Under the pieces are notes generated by a model that saw only the letters and a list, made by a program, of their open reading frames with translations, had not been told where the DNA came from and searched no databases. From assembly GCA_947644695.1 (NCBI GenBank), contig CANSAJ010000005.1:2306-66305 (forward strand): 64,000 bases of DNA. The letters run 5' to 3'. Within the stretch, counting starts at the first letter, position 1. Each line of letters opens with the position of its first letter. The DNA is from an uncultured Bacillota bacterium. Its GTDB lineage: Bacteria > Bacillota_I > Bacilli_A > RF39 > UBA660. Shown here piece by piece: positions 38,731-49,579 of the stretch. Position numbers and translations under genes: made by a program.

Positions 38731-40590
38731 ATGTATGAAGTAATAGTAATAGGAGGCGGTCATGCGGGATGCGAAGCTTCTTTAGCATGTTCTAGACTAA
38801 GTCACAAAACATTACTCATAACCGGAAATATAAATAATATTGCTGATATGCCATGCAATCCTTCAATAGGAGGTTCAGCAAAAGGAATAGTTGTAAGAGA
38901 AATAGATGCATTAGGTGGAGAGATGGGTATAATAGCCGATAACTCTCACTTACAAATTAAAATGTTAAATAGTAAAAAAGGTCCAGGAGTTAGAAGTCTA
39001 AGATGCCAAGCAGATAAAACTACATATCCAGAAAATATGCTAAAGTCACTTAAATCTGAACAAAACTTAGACTTAAAAGAAGACTTAGTAAAAGAGCTCA
39101 TAGTAGAAAATAATATTATAAAAGGTGTAATAACAGAATCAAATGAAAGAATATTATCCAAAAAAGTAATTATAACAACAGGAACTTATCTAAATTCAGA
39201 TATTTTAAGAGGACATAATAAAGTTAAAGGTGGTCCACATGGTGAAAAATCATCTCTTTATTTAAGTGATTCTATGAAATCTTTAGGACTTACCATGAGA
39301 AGATTAAAAACAGGAACTCCACCTAGAGTATTAAAAGATACTATTAATTATGAGGAATGCCAAGAAGAAAAAGGAGATGAAAAACTACTCAGTTTTAGTA
39401 ACTTCTTTAAACCAGTCTATAATATAGAAAGCCAACACTCATGTTTTTTAACTTATACTAACCAAACTACTCATAAAATAATATTAGAAAATTTAGATAA
39501 ATGTGCTTTATACAGTGGACTAATCGTTGGTGTAGGACCAAGATACTGTCCATCAGTAGAAGATAAAATTGTTAAATTTAGAGATAAAGAAAGACATCAA
39601 ATATTTTTAGAACCTGAACGAGAAAATGGTAATGAAATTTATGTAGGAGGCTTCTCTACTACAATGCCAGAAGAGATTCAAGAAAAATTGATTCATTCTA
39701 TGGAAGGACTACACAATGCAAAAATAACAAAATATGGATATGCCATAGAATATGATGCAATAGAATCAACAGAACTACAAATGACTTTAGAAACAAAAAA
39801 AATAAAAGGATTATATACAGCAGGACAAATAAATGGCACAAGTGGATATGAAGAAGCTGCTGCACAAGGTTTAATCGCAGGAATAAATGCTAGTCTAAGT
39901 TTAAAAGGTTTAGAACCATTAATATTAAAAAGAAATGAGGCTTATATAGGTGTTTTAATTGATGATCTTATAAATAAAGGAATAACCGAGCCATACAGAC
40001 TATTAACCTCAAGGGCAGAATTCCGTCTTTTATTAAGACATGATAATGCAGATATAAGGCTTACAGAAATAGGAAGAAAAATCGGACTCATCAACGACGA
40101 AAAATATAATATTTTTCAAAATAAACTTAAAAATATAAAAGAATTAGAAGAATATCTAACTTCTAATAAAATTCTAAACACAAAAGAAAATAATGATTAT
40201 TTAACTAACATAGGCACTACCCCATTAGATGGAAAAATATCAGCAATAGAATTACTAAAAAGACCAGAAGTTAAAATAAGAGATATAGAATACATATTAA
40301 AAGAACAATTTGACCCTACGGCTAAAGAACAAGTAGAAATAAAAGTAAAATACAAAGGATATATAGATAAAACAGAAAAAGAAGTAGAAAAAATGCTTAA
40401 TTTAGAAAAGAAAAAACTTCCATTAAACATTAATTATAATAATGTAAAAAACATAGCAACAGAAGCTAGACAAAAACTAGAAACAGTAAGACCATTAACT
40501 ATTGGACAAGCTTCTAGAATAAGTGGTGTTAATCCATCTGATATAACAATGCTATTAGTTTATTTAAAAAAGGAGTTCCCACATGAATAA
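38731..40590 (+). CDS. mnmG: tRNA U34 modification enzyme MnmG (GidA)
   Basis: IGGGHAGCEA, CNPSIGG, GPRYCPS, GQINGTSGYEEAA. Confidence 0.99.
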   Translation: MYEVIVIGGGHAGCEASLACSRLSHKTLLITGNINNIADMPCNPSIGGSAKGIVVREIDALGGEMGIIADNSHLQIKMLNSKKGPGVRSLRCQADKTTYPENMLKSLKSEQNLDLKEDLVKELIVENNIIKGVITESNERILSKKVIITTGTYLNSDILRGHNKVKGGPHGEKSSLYLSDSMKSLGLTMRRLKTGTPPRVLKDTINYEECQEEKGDEKLLSFSNFFKPVYNIESQHSCFLTYTNQTTHKIILENLDKCALYSGLIVGVGPRYCPSVEDKIVKFRDKERHQIFLEPERENGNEIYVGGFSTTMPEEIQEKLIHSMEGLHNAKITKYGYAIEYDAIESTELQMTLETKKIKGLYTAGQINGTSGYEEAAAQGLIAGINASLSLKGLEPLILKRNEAYIGVLIDDLINKGITEPYRLLTSRAEFRLLLRHDNADIRLTEIGRKIGLINDEKYNIFQNKLKNIKELEEYLTSNKILNTKENNDYLTNIGTTPLDGKISAIELLKRPEVKIRDIEYILKEQFDPTAKEQVEIKVKYKGYIDKTEKEVEKMLNLEKKKLPLNINYNNVKNIATEARQKLETVRPLTIGQASRISGVNPSDITMLLVYLKKEFPHE

Positions 40591-41287
40591 AGAAAGATTT
40601 ATAGAAGAAGCAAAAGAACTTAACATAATATTAGATAAAGAAGAATTAGATAAATTTGAAACTTATAAAAACTTACTCAAAGAATATAATAAAAAATTTA
40701 ACTTAACCAGCATTACTGATGATGAAAATATTTATTTAAAACATTTCTACGATTCATTATGTTTATTCAAAGTTCCAGAACTTATAAATGCTTCTACTCT
40801 TTTAGATATTGGCACAGGTGCTGGATTTCCAGGAATACCAATAGCTATATGTAAAAAAAATATTAAAGTAACATTAGTAGAAGCTAATGGAAAAAAATGT
40901 AATTTTTTGAATTTAGTAAAAGAAAAATTAAATTTAAATAATGTAGAAGTAATTAATAGAAGAGCAGAAGATTACACCAAGACTCATAAAAATGAATATG
41001 ATATAGTTACCTCCAGAGCTGTCGCTCATCTAAGTGTTTTATCAGAACTTGAAATTCCATCATTAAAAATAAATGGCTATTTTCTCCCACTTAAATCTAA
41101 CATCGACAATGAAATAATCGAATCATCTAATAAAATTGAAAAACTTGGAGGAATAATAGAAGAAAAAATTGCTTTTAAATTACCAATAGAAAATTCAAAT
41201 AGAAGTATTATAAAAATAAAGAAAATAAAAGAAACTCCAGAAATATATCCACGAGAATATAGTAAAATTATAAAAGAAATAAAATAG
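40583..41287 (+). CDS. rsmG: 16S rRNA G527 methyltransferase RsmG (GidB)
   Basis: HFYDSL, LDIGTGAGFPG, SRAVA. Confidence 0.98.
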   Translation: MNKERFIEEAKELNIILDKEELDKFETYKNLLKEYNKKFNLTSITDDENIYLKHFYDSLCLFKVPELINASTLLDIGTGAGFPGIPIAICKKNIKVTLVEANGKKCNFLNLVKEKLNLNNVEVINRRAEDYTKTHKNEYDIVTSRAVAHLSVLSELEIPSLKINGYFLPLKSNIDNEIIESSNKIEKLGGIIEEKIAFKLPIENSNRSIIKIKKIKETPEIYPREYSKIIKEIK

Positions 41288-41333
41288 TTATAAGAAATAG
41301 TAAAATATTTAAATAACTATTTTTTTTAAACAC

Positions 41334-41362
41334 TTGAAAATTATATAAAAATAGCTTAAAAT
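41334..41362 (+). promoter_or_regulatory. Sigma-A promoter of noc
   Basis: TTGAAA-N17-TAAAAT. Confidence 0.65.
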
Positions 41363-41396
41363 AACAGTAGAATAAAAAATAAGGGGCTGTAGATAT

Positions 41397-42665
41397 ATGA
41401 ATCGAGAAAATGAAATAAAAAATATAAGAATTGAGGATATAATACCAAATAGGTTTCAACCAAGACTTGCATTTAATCAGAATGAATTGAAAGAACTGTC
41501 TGATTCTATTAAGGTGCATGGAATAATTCAACCATTAGTGTTAAGAAGAAATGGTGATAAATTTGAAATCATAGCTGGTGAAAGAAGATATAAAGCTGCT
41601 GTAATGGCAGGCTTAACTACAGTACCTGCAATAATAATGAATATAGATGATAAACAAAGTGCAGAGGTGGCAGTAGTTGAAAACTTACAAAGAAAAGATT
41701 TAACAGCTATAGAAGAAGCACAATCTTACAAGAAAATACTAGACATGGGATACTTAACACAAGAAGAACTCGCGTCTAGAATGGGAGTTACTCAACCTAC
41801 TGTTGCTAATAAACTAAGATTACTTAATTTGTCAGAAGTAGTCCAACAAGCATTATTAAAAAATCAAATTTCTGAAAGACATGCTAGAAGTCTACTACAA
41901 ATACCAGATCAAAGTCTTCAAGTAAATATGTTAAATAGAATAATTTCTGAAAGATTAACTGTAAGACAAACTGATGAAGAAATTAGCAAAATTTTAGGAA
42001 GACCAGTAATGCCATCAGTGACTCCTGTTCCACCACAACAACCAGTACGTACACCAGAACCAGTACAACCTGCACCAGTTCAAACTCCAAATAATAATTT
42101 TGTTAATCCAACACCTACTCCAGTAACAAATCAACAACCATTTGATGTTGATATAGACAAAATAAAAAATCAATCTGAAGATATTATTAAAGAACATAAA
42201 CCAAGTGATATAGATTTTCTATTAAGAAAACCATCAACAACTGATGAAGAAACATCAACATCATCTTCACCAGCAAAAAAAGTCTCTTTAGAAGATGTTG
42301 CTGCAAATGTTGATATGGGTGATATAGTTAAACCTTCTCAAATGGCAATAAATCCCTTTCAAGAAGTAGAAACTGAAATAATGAACTTTGAAATTCCAAC
42401 ACAACGAGTTGAATCACCAACGCAATTAAAACCAGAAGTTCCTAAAAATAGTTTAATAGAAGAGTTTAGACAACAACAAGCATCCTCTGCACCAATCTCT
42501 CCAATAAAACCATTAATGCCAGAAGGAAATGAAAGAAGCATTAGCAAAGCAATAAATGTTGTAAGAGAAGAAAGCAGAAAAATTGAACAATTAGGATTTA
42601 ATGTTGATACTGAAGAATTTGATTTTGAAGATATGTATCAAATAATAATAAAAATAAAAAAATAG
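41397..42665 (+). CDS. noc: Nucleoid occlusion protein Noc (ParB-family CTPase) with long low-complexity insertion
   Basis: IIPNRFQPR, GERRY, HTH TQPTVANKLRLL and SERHAR (Noc-type), Noc-like C-terminus TEEFDFEDMYQIIIKIKK; position after rsmG; NBS sites present in the window. Confidence 0.88.
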   Translation: MNRENEIKNIRIEDIIPNRFQPRLAFNQNELKELSDSIKVHGIIQPLVLRRNGDKFEIIAGERRYKAAVMAGLTTVPAIIMNIDDKQSAEVAVVENLQRKDLTAIEEAQSYKKILDMGYLTQEELASRMGVTQPTVANKLRLLNLSEVVQQALLKNQISERHARSLLQIPDQSLQVNMLNRIISERLTVRQTDEEISKILGRPVMPSVTPVPPQQPVRTPEPVQPAPVQTPNNNFVNPTPTPVTNQQPFDVDIDKIKNQSEDIIKEHKPSDIDFLLRKPSTTDEETSTSSSPAKKVSLEDVAANVDMGDIVKPSQMAINPFQEVETEIMNFEIPTQRVESPTQLKPEVPKNSLIEEFRQQQASSAPISPIKPLMPEGNERSISKAINVVREESRKIEQLGFNVDTEEFDFEDMYQIIIKIKK

Positions 42666-42673
42666 TAACTCTT

Positions 42674-44632
42674 TTAAGAGTTATTATTTTTTCTAAAAAA
42701 GTTCTCCATATCTTCAATAACATAAGATGGTTCGGTTCCTTTAATATAATAAAGAGCATCTTTAACAGATAAATCTGCAGTACTACCACTGATTGGATTA
42801 ACTATAGTAGCAGTAACTCCAGTTGGTATTGAATACCAAGAAGCATCTTTTCCTTCTAAATAACTTTCAATAGTCCTAGCCCATATTCGTTTTGGTATTT
42901 TAGAAGAAACAGAATCAACATCACTATTATCATCAAATCCATTCCAAACCATCACTAAAGCATCGGGATTATAGCCAATTACCCAATAATCGGTATCTGT
43001 AGTTCCAGATTTAGCAGCATATTTCTTTGTTAATAACCCATTAACACTTAATAAAGTTGGAGAAGCATAATCAATATAATCATAATTATAAGTATTGCTC
43101 ATCATTTCATTTAATATAAATGTGTAGCGCTTATCTAAAACACTCTCCTCTTCATAATCAGCTTCATATATAATATTACCGTCTAAATCAGTAACTTTTC
43201 TTATAAGTCTCGCATCATTCTTAATTCCTTCATTAGCTAAAGTTGCAAAAGCATTACTAAAATCAATCATTCCAATTTCAGTAGTACCTAAAGATAATGA
43301 TACATTATTAGGAAGCTCAGTTTTAATTCCCATCTTATTTCCAGTCTCCTTTAATACATTAGTGCCTAAAAATAAATGAGTTTTAACAGCAAAAATATTA
43401 TCTGACAAAGCTAAAGCATCTGCCATAGTAATAGGCTTCTCTGCATATTTATTCCCAAAATTACTAGGTGAATAAATTTCATCATTACCTATAGAAAAAG
43501 TAGTAGCTTCACTAACAAAAGTAGAAGAAGGTGTCATTCCGTTTTCTAAAGCGGCATAATAAAGAATAGGTTTAAACGTAGAACCAACTTGCCTCCTCGC
43601 TTGAGTAACTCTATTAAATTGACTTTCGTTATAATTTTTACCACCAATTAAAGCGACAATATTCCCAGTTTTAGGCTCTCTTATTAAAGCGCCAACTTGT
43701 AAATCTCCAGCCTCTGCCATCTCTTCAGAAACAATTTGCTCTAATTTTCTCTGAGCCTCACCATCTAAATTAGTATATATTTTCAAACCACCAGTTTCTA
43801 TTAAAGATTTAGGAATATCAGAAATAGAATTTAATTCACTAATAACAGCATCTTTATAATATAAAGAACTAACTATATAATTATTAGGCTTAACTCCATG
43901 AAATTTTAATTCCTCATTTAACGCATTTTTCATTTCTTCATCTGTAATATACCCATTACTAGCCATACTTTGTAAAACTACTTTTTGCCTATTTTTAGCA
44001 TTATCATAATAATATATTGGATTATAATAAGTGGGATTTTTAGGAATTCCAACGATCATAGACGCCTCCGCCAAAGTTAAATCCTTAGCATTTTTGTTAA
44101 AATAATATAAACTAGCATTCTGAATACCATAATTACCTGCACCATAATTTATAGTATTTAAATACCCTTCTAAAATTTCATCTTTAGAATAATGAACTTC
44201 TAATTCAAATGTTAAAAATGCCTCTTCAATTTTACGCTCCCAAGTTTTATCAAAAGTTAAAAACAAATTTTTAATATACTGTTGTGAAATAGTTGAAGCT
44301 CCTTGATCAAATTCACCAGACTTAAAATCATAATATAAAGCCTTTATTATCCTCAAATAATCAAATCCATTATGTGCATAAAAGTTTTTATCTTCAGTAG
44401 CAATAATACCATCAATAGCAAATGGACTAATATCTTTTAAATCTACCCATGAAGAATTATTAGTATTCTCATAAAATACCTCATCATCTTTATCTAACAT
44501 AACTATTCTATTTGAATTATGAATATCCATTTTAGGTGTAATATAAGCATACAAATAAAATCCGAATAACACTAAAAGTCCAGATATAAATAAAAATACA
44601 AATAATTTCCATAAAAAGTAAATTTTTTTCAT
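42674..44632 (-). CDS. Class A penicillin-binding protein (PbpG/PBP2d-like)
   Basis: TG motifs EDKNFYAHNG and GASTISQQ; TP motifs STFK, SDN, KSGT. Confidence 0.92.
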   Translation of the reverse strand: MKKIYFLWKLFVFLFISGLLVLFGFYLYAYITPKMDIHNSNRIVMLDKDDEVFYENTNNSSWVDLKDISPFAIDGIIATEDKNFYAHNGFDYLRIIKALYYDFKSGEFDQGASTISQQYIKNLFLTFDKTWERKIEEAFLTFELEVHYSKDEILEGYLNTINYGAGNYGIQNASLYYFNKNAKDLTLAEASMIVGIPKNPTYYNPIYYYDNAKNRQKVVLQSMASNGYITDEEMKNALNEELKFHGVKPNNYIVSSLYYKDAVISELNSISDIPKSLIETGGLKIYTNLDGEAQRKLEQIVSEEMAEAGDLQVGALIREPKTGNIVALIGGKNYNESQFNRVTQARRQVGSTFKPILYYAALENGMTPSSTFVSEATTFSIGNDEIYSPSNFGNKYAEKPITMADALALSDNIFAVKTHLFLGTNVLKETGNKMGIKTELPNNVSLSLGTTEIGMIDFSNAFATLANEGIKNDARLIRKVTDLDGNIIYEADYEEESVLDKRYTFILNEMMSNTYNYDYIDYASPTLLSVNGLLTKKYAAKSGTTDTDYWVIGYNPDALVMVWNGFDDNSDVDSVSSKIPKRIWARTIESYLEGKDASWYSIPTGVTATIVNPISGSTADLSVKDALYYIKGTEPSYVIEDMENFFRKNNNS

Positions 44633-44793
44633 AATATCTCCTAAATATTATTATTAAAAAATTTTCTTAAAATATAAGCAAAAATCATATATAAAATACA
44701 CATATATGGAATATAATAAAAAAGATTAATTAAAATTACTTGATTTATTACAAAATATAAGTATAATTTTAGTGGAAAAGAGAAGGTGATAAT

Positions 44794-45228
44794 ATGAAAT
44801 TAAAATCATTAAGTAAAGAAGAAATCGAGACAATGTCTTTTGATGATCTAGCATATGAAATACTAAAAGAAAAAGGAAAAAAAATGAAAACTGCTGATAT
44901 TTTCAAAACAATATGTGACTTACTTGAAATGAATGATGCTGCCTATGAGGCTCAAATAGCTGATTTTTTCACATTATTAGCAACTGAAAAAAGATTTATA
45001 CAACTTGATAAAGGTTTTTGGGATTTAAGAGAAAATCACACTGCCAAAATAGAAATAGAAGATTTTAGCGAAGATGAAGAAGAAATAGAAGATACAATAG
45101 AAGAAGAAACAATTAATGACGAAGATGATATATATTTAGATGAAACTAAAGAATCAGATGATGATGAAACAGATGACGAATTAAAAGACTTTGTCGTAAT
45201 AGATGAAGATAACGAATCAGAACTTTAA
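44794..45228 (+). CDS. rpoE: RNA polymerase delta subunit
   Basis: MSFDDLAYEIL, QIADFFT..., WDLR, acidic tail. Confidence 0.93.
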   Translation: MKLKSLSKEEIETMSFDDLAYEILKEKGKKMKTADIFKTICDLLEMNDAAYEAQIADFFTLLATEKRFIQLDKGFWDLRENHTAKIEIEDFSEDEEEIEDTIEEETINDEDDIYLDETKESDDDETDDELKDFVVIDEDNESEL

Positions 45229-45268
45229 CCTTAAATAATTAGAAATAATTAAAAGGAAAGGTGAAAAA

Positions 45269-46330
45269 ATGTTAGAAAGATTAAAAATAATAGAAGAAAG
45301 ATATAAATTTTTAGATGCTGAACTTATGAAGCCAGAAGTATATAACGACTTTAAAAAGATGAAAGAACTATCAAAAGAAAAAACATCTTTAGAAGAATCT
45401 GTTGAAGCATACCATAAATATAGTACAGTTTTAGATGATATAGAAGCAGCTAAAGAAATGATGCATGATCCAGAAATGGCTGATTTTGCAAAAGAAGAAT
45501 TAGATAGACTAACTACTGAAAAAGAAGAATTAGAAGAAAAGATTACTATATTATTGCTTCCAAAAGATCCAAATGATGACAAAAACGTTATCATGGAAAT
45601 AAGAGGAGCAGCTGGAGGAGATGAGGCTAATATCTTCGCAGGAGACCTATTTAGAATGTACTCTAAATATGCTGAAAAAGAAGGCTGGAAATTAGAAATA
45701 ACTAATGAAGTTCCAGGAGAAGCTGGAGGTTTCGCAGGTATAGAATTTATGCTATCTGGTGAGAATGTTTATTCAAAATTAAAATTTGAAAGTGGCTCTC
45801 ACAGAGTTCAAAGAGTCCCCGCGACAGAAACACAAGGAAGAGTTCATACTTCAACCGCTACAGTTTTAGTCATGCCAGAAGCAGAAGATGTTGAAGTAGA
45901 ATTATTAGATAAAGACTTAAAAATAGACGTATGTAGAAGTTCAGGTGCTGGTGGGCAATGTGTAAATACTACCGACTCAGCAGTAAGAGTAACTCATATT
46001 CCAACTGGGTTAATGGTATATTGCCAAGTAGAAAGAAGTCAAATTAAGAATAAAGAAAAAGCTTTAACTATATTAAAGTCACGACTTTATGACCTTAAAC
46101 TTAAAGAACAAGAAGAAGCTCTAGGCGCAGACAGAAAAACAAAAATAGGAACAGGAGATCGTTCTGAAAAAATTAGGACATATAACTATCCTCAAAACAG
46201 ACTTACTGATCATAGAATTGGACTTACTTTAATGCATTTAGACAAAGTAATGGAAGGAAATTTAGAAGAAGTTATAGAATCCTTAATAACTGAAGATCAA
46301 AAATTAAAAATGGGCGTAACAAATGAATAA
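45269..46330 (+). CDS. prfA: Peptide chain release factor 1
   Basis: PAT motif (RVPATE), GGQ. Confidence 0.98.
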   Translation: MLERLKIIEERYKFLDAELMKPEVYNDFKKMKELSKEKTSLEESVEAYHKYSTVLDDIEAAKEMMHDPEMADFAKEELDRLTTEKEELEEKITILLLPKDPNDDKNVIMEIRGAAGGDEANIFAGDLFRMYSKYAEKEGWKLEITNEVPGEAGGFAGIEFMLSGENVYSKLKFESGSHRVQRVPATETQGRVHTSTATVLVMPEAEDVEVELLDKDLKIDVCRSSGAGGQCVNTTDSAVRVTHIPTGLMVYCQVERSQIKNKEKALTILKSRLYDLKLKEQEEALGADRKTKIGTGDRSEKIRTYNYPQNRLTDHRIGLTLMHLDKVMEGNLEEVIESLITEDQKLKMGVTNE

Positions 46331-47060
46331 AGATTTAAACGTATCAAATTTAGAAATCGAAGAATTAAAAAAATTAAATAAATATAATGAAGAAAACATA
46401 GCTAAAATTGAATCAGGTTATCCTGTTCAATACTTAATTGGCTATGTTAATTTCTATGGTTTAATAATAGAAGTAAATGAAAGTACACTTATACCTAGAT
46501 ATGAAACAGAATATTTAATAGAAAAAACAATTAACTATATAAAAAAATATAACTTTGATAATCCTAAAATATTAGACATGTGCACAGGTTCTGGGTGTAT
46601 AGGCTTAACATTAAAACATGAATTAAAGAATTCGAATGTAACTATTAGTGATATTTCTATCTCTGCTTTAGAAGTGGCAAAACAAAATAAAGAAAACTTA
46701 AAACTAGATGTAGAAATAATAGAAAGCGATTTATTTAATAATATTAAAACAAAAGACTTTGATATTTTAATAAGTAATCCACCATATGTTATGGAAACAG
46801 AACCTCTTCCAAAAAATGTTTTATTTGAACCACACTTAGCTTTATACAGTAAGAATAATGGAACTTACCATATTGAAGAAATCCTAAAAAATGCCAAAGC
46901 TTATCTAAAAGACAAATTTATAATTGCTTTAGAAATAAATGAAAAAAGTGAAGAAGATTTAACAGAAATAATAAAAAAATATTTTGATGAAAACATTAGA
47001 TATAATTTTGAAAAAGACCTAGCAGGAAAAATAAGATATTTATTTATTTTCCAAAACTAA
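46323..47060 (+). CDS. prmC: Release factor glutamine methyltransferase (short N-terminus)
   Basis: [27 protein letters not shown]. Confidence 0.95.
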   Translation: MNKDLNVSNLEIEELKKLNKYNEENIAKIESGYPVQYLIGYVNFYGLIIEVNESTLIPRYETEYLIEKTINYIKKYNFDNPKILDMCTGSGCIGLTLKHELKNSNVTISDISISALEVAKQNKENLKLDVEIIESDLFNNIKTKDFDILISNPPYVMETEPLPKNVLFEPHLALYSKNNGTYHIEEILKNAKAYLKDKFIIALEINEKSEEDLTEIIKKYFDENIRYNFEKDLAGKIRYLFIFQN

Positions 47061-47152
47061 AAGAAAAATCTACACAATATAATATATTTTTATAAAAAAT
47101 TGTATAAAGCTAACAAAAAAAGAACAACATTAATTAGAAAGGTTGGTTTCAA

Positions 47153-47674
47153 ATGAAAAAGGCTTTAATAGTTTTAGCTTTAATAACAATTTATTTAATG
47201 TTTACTAACAAAACTGAAGATTATGTAATAGTACCTAAAGAATCAATAAGATTTAGAATAATTCCTAACAGTAATACCCCTCAAGATATATTTATGAAAG
47301 AAAAAGTAAAAGAAGAAATTAGCTCAGTTATTAATAACATTGAAAAATCTAATAACATAGAAGAATCAAGAAATAATATAGAAGCCAGTATACCACAAAT
47401 AGAAAATAAAATAGATTCACTATTTTTAAAAAATAACTATAATGAAAATTATAATATAAACTATGGAATGAATTACTTTCCAGAAAAAATATACAAGGGT
47501 GTCAAATATGAAGAAGGTTACTATGAATCTATGGTAATAGAAATTGGAGAATCAGAAGGAGACAATTACTGGTGTGTACTATTTCCTCCACTTTGTTTAA
47601 TTGAAGCAGAAGAAAGTGATGACGTAGAATATAGCTTCTTTATAAATGAAATAATAAAAAAATTCTTTAAATAA
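47153..47674 (+). CDS. spoIIR: Stage II sporulation protein R
   Basis: IRFRIIPNSN, FPEKIY, GDNYWCVLFPPLC; after prmC as in Bacillus. Confidence 0.95.
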   Translation: MKKALIVLALITIYLMFTNKTEDYVIVPKESIRFRIIPNSNTPQDIFMKEKVKEEISSVINNIEKSNNIEESRNNIEASIPQIENKIDSLFLKNNYNENYNINYGMNYFPEKIYKGVKYEEGYYESMVIEIGESEGDNYWCVLFPPLCLIEAEESDDVEYSFFINEIIKKFFK

Positions 47675-47720
47675 GTAATAATAATACAAAATGTCACTAT
47701 AATTAAATAGGTGACATTTT

Positions 47721-48251
47721 TTGGAAACAATAACTATAATTTTAATTGGATTATCTCTTAGTATTGATGCATTTACTTTATCACTAGCATACGGTCTTTT
47801 AAACATACCTAAGAGTAAAATTATCTTTACTTCATTATCTGTAGGTATATTTCATTTTATTATGCCTTTATTAGGACTTGCTGTAGGCCACGTTTTAACA
47901 GACATGATAAACATTAACTCAAAATATATACTTATAGTTGTACTATTAATAATTTTCGTAAGTATGATAAAATCCTTAAAAGAGGAAGAACAAGAACATG
48001 ATTTATCATTCATAAATATATTAACATTTTCATTCTTAGTATCTTTAGATAGCTTCTCTGTAGGAATAGGATTAACGTACATAACTAATAAAATATTCTT
48101 AGGCTCAATAATTTTCAGCATAATAAGTTGCACATTTACTTATCTTGGATTTACTTTAGGAAAATATCTATCAGTGAAAGCAGAAAAACATGCCAAAATA
48201 TTAGGAATTGTCTTTATAACATTATTAATAATTTATTTTATATTTAAATAA
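47721..48251 (+). CDS. mntP: MntP/YtaF-family manganese efflux membrane protein
   Basis: LSIDAF and SLDSFSVG repeats, FHFIMPLLG. Confidence 0.88.
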   Translation: METITIILIGLSLSIDAFTLSLAYGLLNIPKSKIIFTSLSVGIFHFIMPLLGLAVGHVLTDMININSKYILIVVLLIIFVSMIKSLKEEEQEHDLSFINILTFSFLVSLDSFSVGIGLTYITNKIFLGSIIFSIISCTFTYLGFTLGKYLSVKAEKHAKILGIVFITLLIIYFIFK

Positions 48252-48307
48252 ACAATTGACATATTAGTTTAATAATTTTATATTATAAATATGATATCGG
48301 AGGATTT

Positions 48308-49558
48308 ATGCCAAAATTAAAAATAACAGGTGGTAATACTTTAAGTGGAGAAATAAAAATCAGTGGTGCCAAAAACAGTGCTGTAGCTTTATTACCTGCA
48401 GCATTACTATCAGAAAGTAAAAGTAAAATTTATAAAGTACCAAAAATTAGAGACATAGAATACTTATTAAAAATTTTAGAAGTTTTAAATTGTACTTACA
48501 AAATAACAAACGATGAAATAGAAATAAATACTACAAAACTAAAAAACGCTCCAATTCCTGAAGAATTAAGTGAACAAATGAGAGCATCATATTATTTTAT
48601 GGGAACTCTTTTATCTAGATTTAAAAAAGTAGAAATATCTTTTCCAGGAGGCTGTAACATTGGTGCCAGACCAATTGACCTTCACATAAAAGGATTTGAA
48701 GCATTAGGTGCTAAAGTAGAAATAATAAAAAATAAATACATAATAACTGCAGAAAGACTAATCGGTACAAAAATCACATTAGACTTTCCAAGTGTAGGTG
48801 CAACAATAAATTTAATGCTAGCAGCCACAGGCGCAGAAGGAAGAACTATAATAGAAAATGCTGCAAGAGAACCAGAAATAGTAAACGTAGCAAACTTTTT
48901 AATAAGTATGGGATGCCAAATAACTGGAGCTGGTGAAGACACAATAATAATAAATCAATCAGAAAAAAAAGATGATGGAAAAATAGAAGTATATCCAGAC
49001 AGAATAGAAGCCGCAACATATGTCATATTAGGCGCGCTTATAGGAAAAGACTTAACTATCAAAGGCTTAATAAAAGATCACATAAATGCAGTATTACTAA
49101 AATTAAAAGAATCAGGAGTAGAATTTCTAGAAACAGAAAACTCAATAACCATATCTGCATGCTCTAATCCATTACCTATAAACATAACTACAGAAGTATT
49201 TCCAGGCTTTCCTACAGACGTACAACAACCTTTCACTGTTCTCTTAACACAAGCATGTGGAGAATCAATAATTACAGAAACAATATATGAATCAAGATTT
49301 ATAAGTGCAGGATTACTAAATGAAATGGGAGCAAATACTTTTTCTAAAGGAAATATCTTAACAATAAAAGGAAAAACACCTCTCCACAGTGCTAACTTAT
49401 ATGTTCCAGATCTTCGAGGAGGAGCCGCATTACTACTTGCCGCATTAACAGCAGAAGGAACATCTATATTAGACAATGTTTTATTAATATTAAGAGGATA
49501 TGAAGATGTTGTAGAAAAATTAACAAATATCGGTGCTAAAATAGAAATAATCGAGTAA
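48308..49558 (+). CDS. murA: UDP-GlcNAc 1-carboxyvinyltransferase
   Basis: ISGAKNS, PGGCNIGARP (catalytic Cys), FPGFPTD, DLRGGA. Confidence 0.98.
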   Translation: MPKLKITGGNTLSGEIKISGAKNSAVALLPAALLSESKSKIYKVPKIRDIEYLLKILEVLNCTYKITNDEIEINTTKLKNAPIPEELSEQMRASYYFMGTLLSRFKKVEISFPGGCNIGARPIDLHIKGFEALGAKVEIIKNKYIITAERLIGTKITLDFPSVGATINLMLAATGAEGRTIIENAAREPEIVNVANFLISMGCQITGAGEDTIIINQSEKKDDGKIEVYPDRIEAATYVILGALIGKDLTIKGLIKDHINAVLLKLKESGVEFLETENSITISACSNPLPINITTEVFPGFPTDVQQPFTVLLTQACGESIITETIYESRFISAGLLNEMGANTFSKGNILTIKGKTPLHSANLYVPDLRGGAALLLAALTAEGTSILDNVLLILRGYEDVVEKLTNIGAKIEIIE

Positions 49559-49579
49559 AATATTACGAGGAATGATAAA

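Noticed and set aside
41397-42665. Calling this gene parB/spo0J as partner of the parS array
   Set aside because: HTH residues, C-terminus and position after rsmG are Noc-type, and perfect NBS sites are present.
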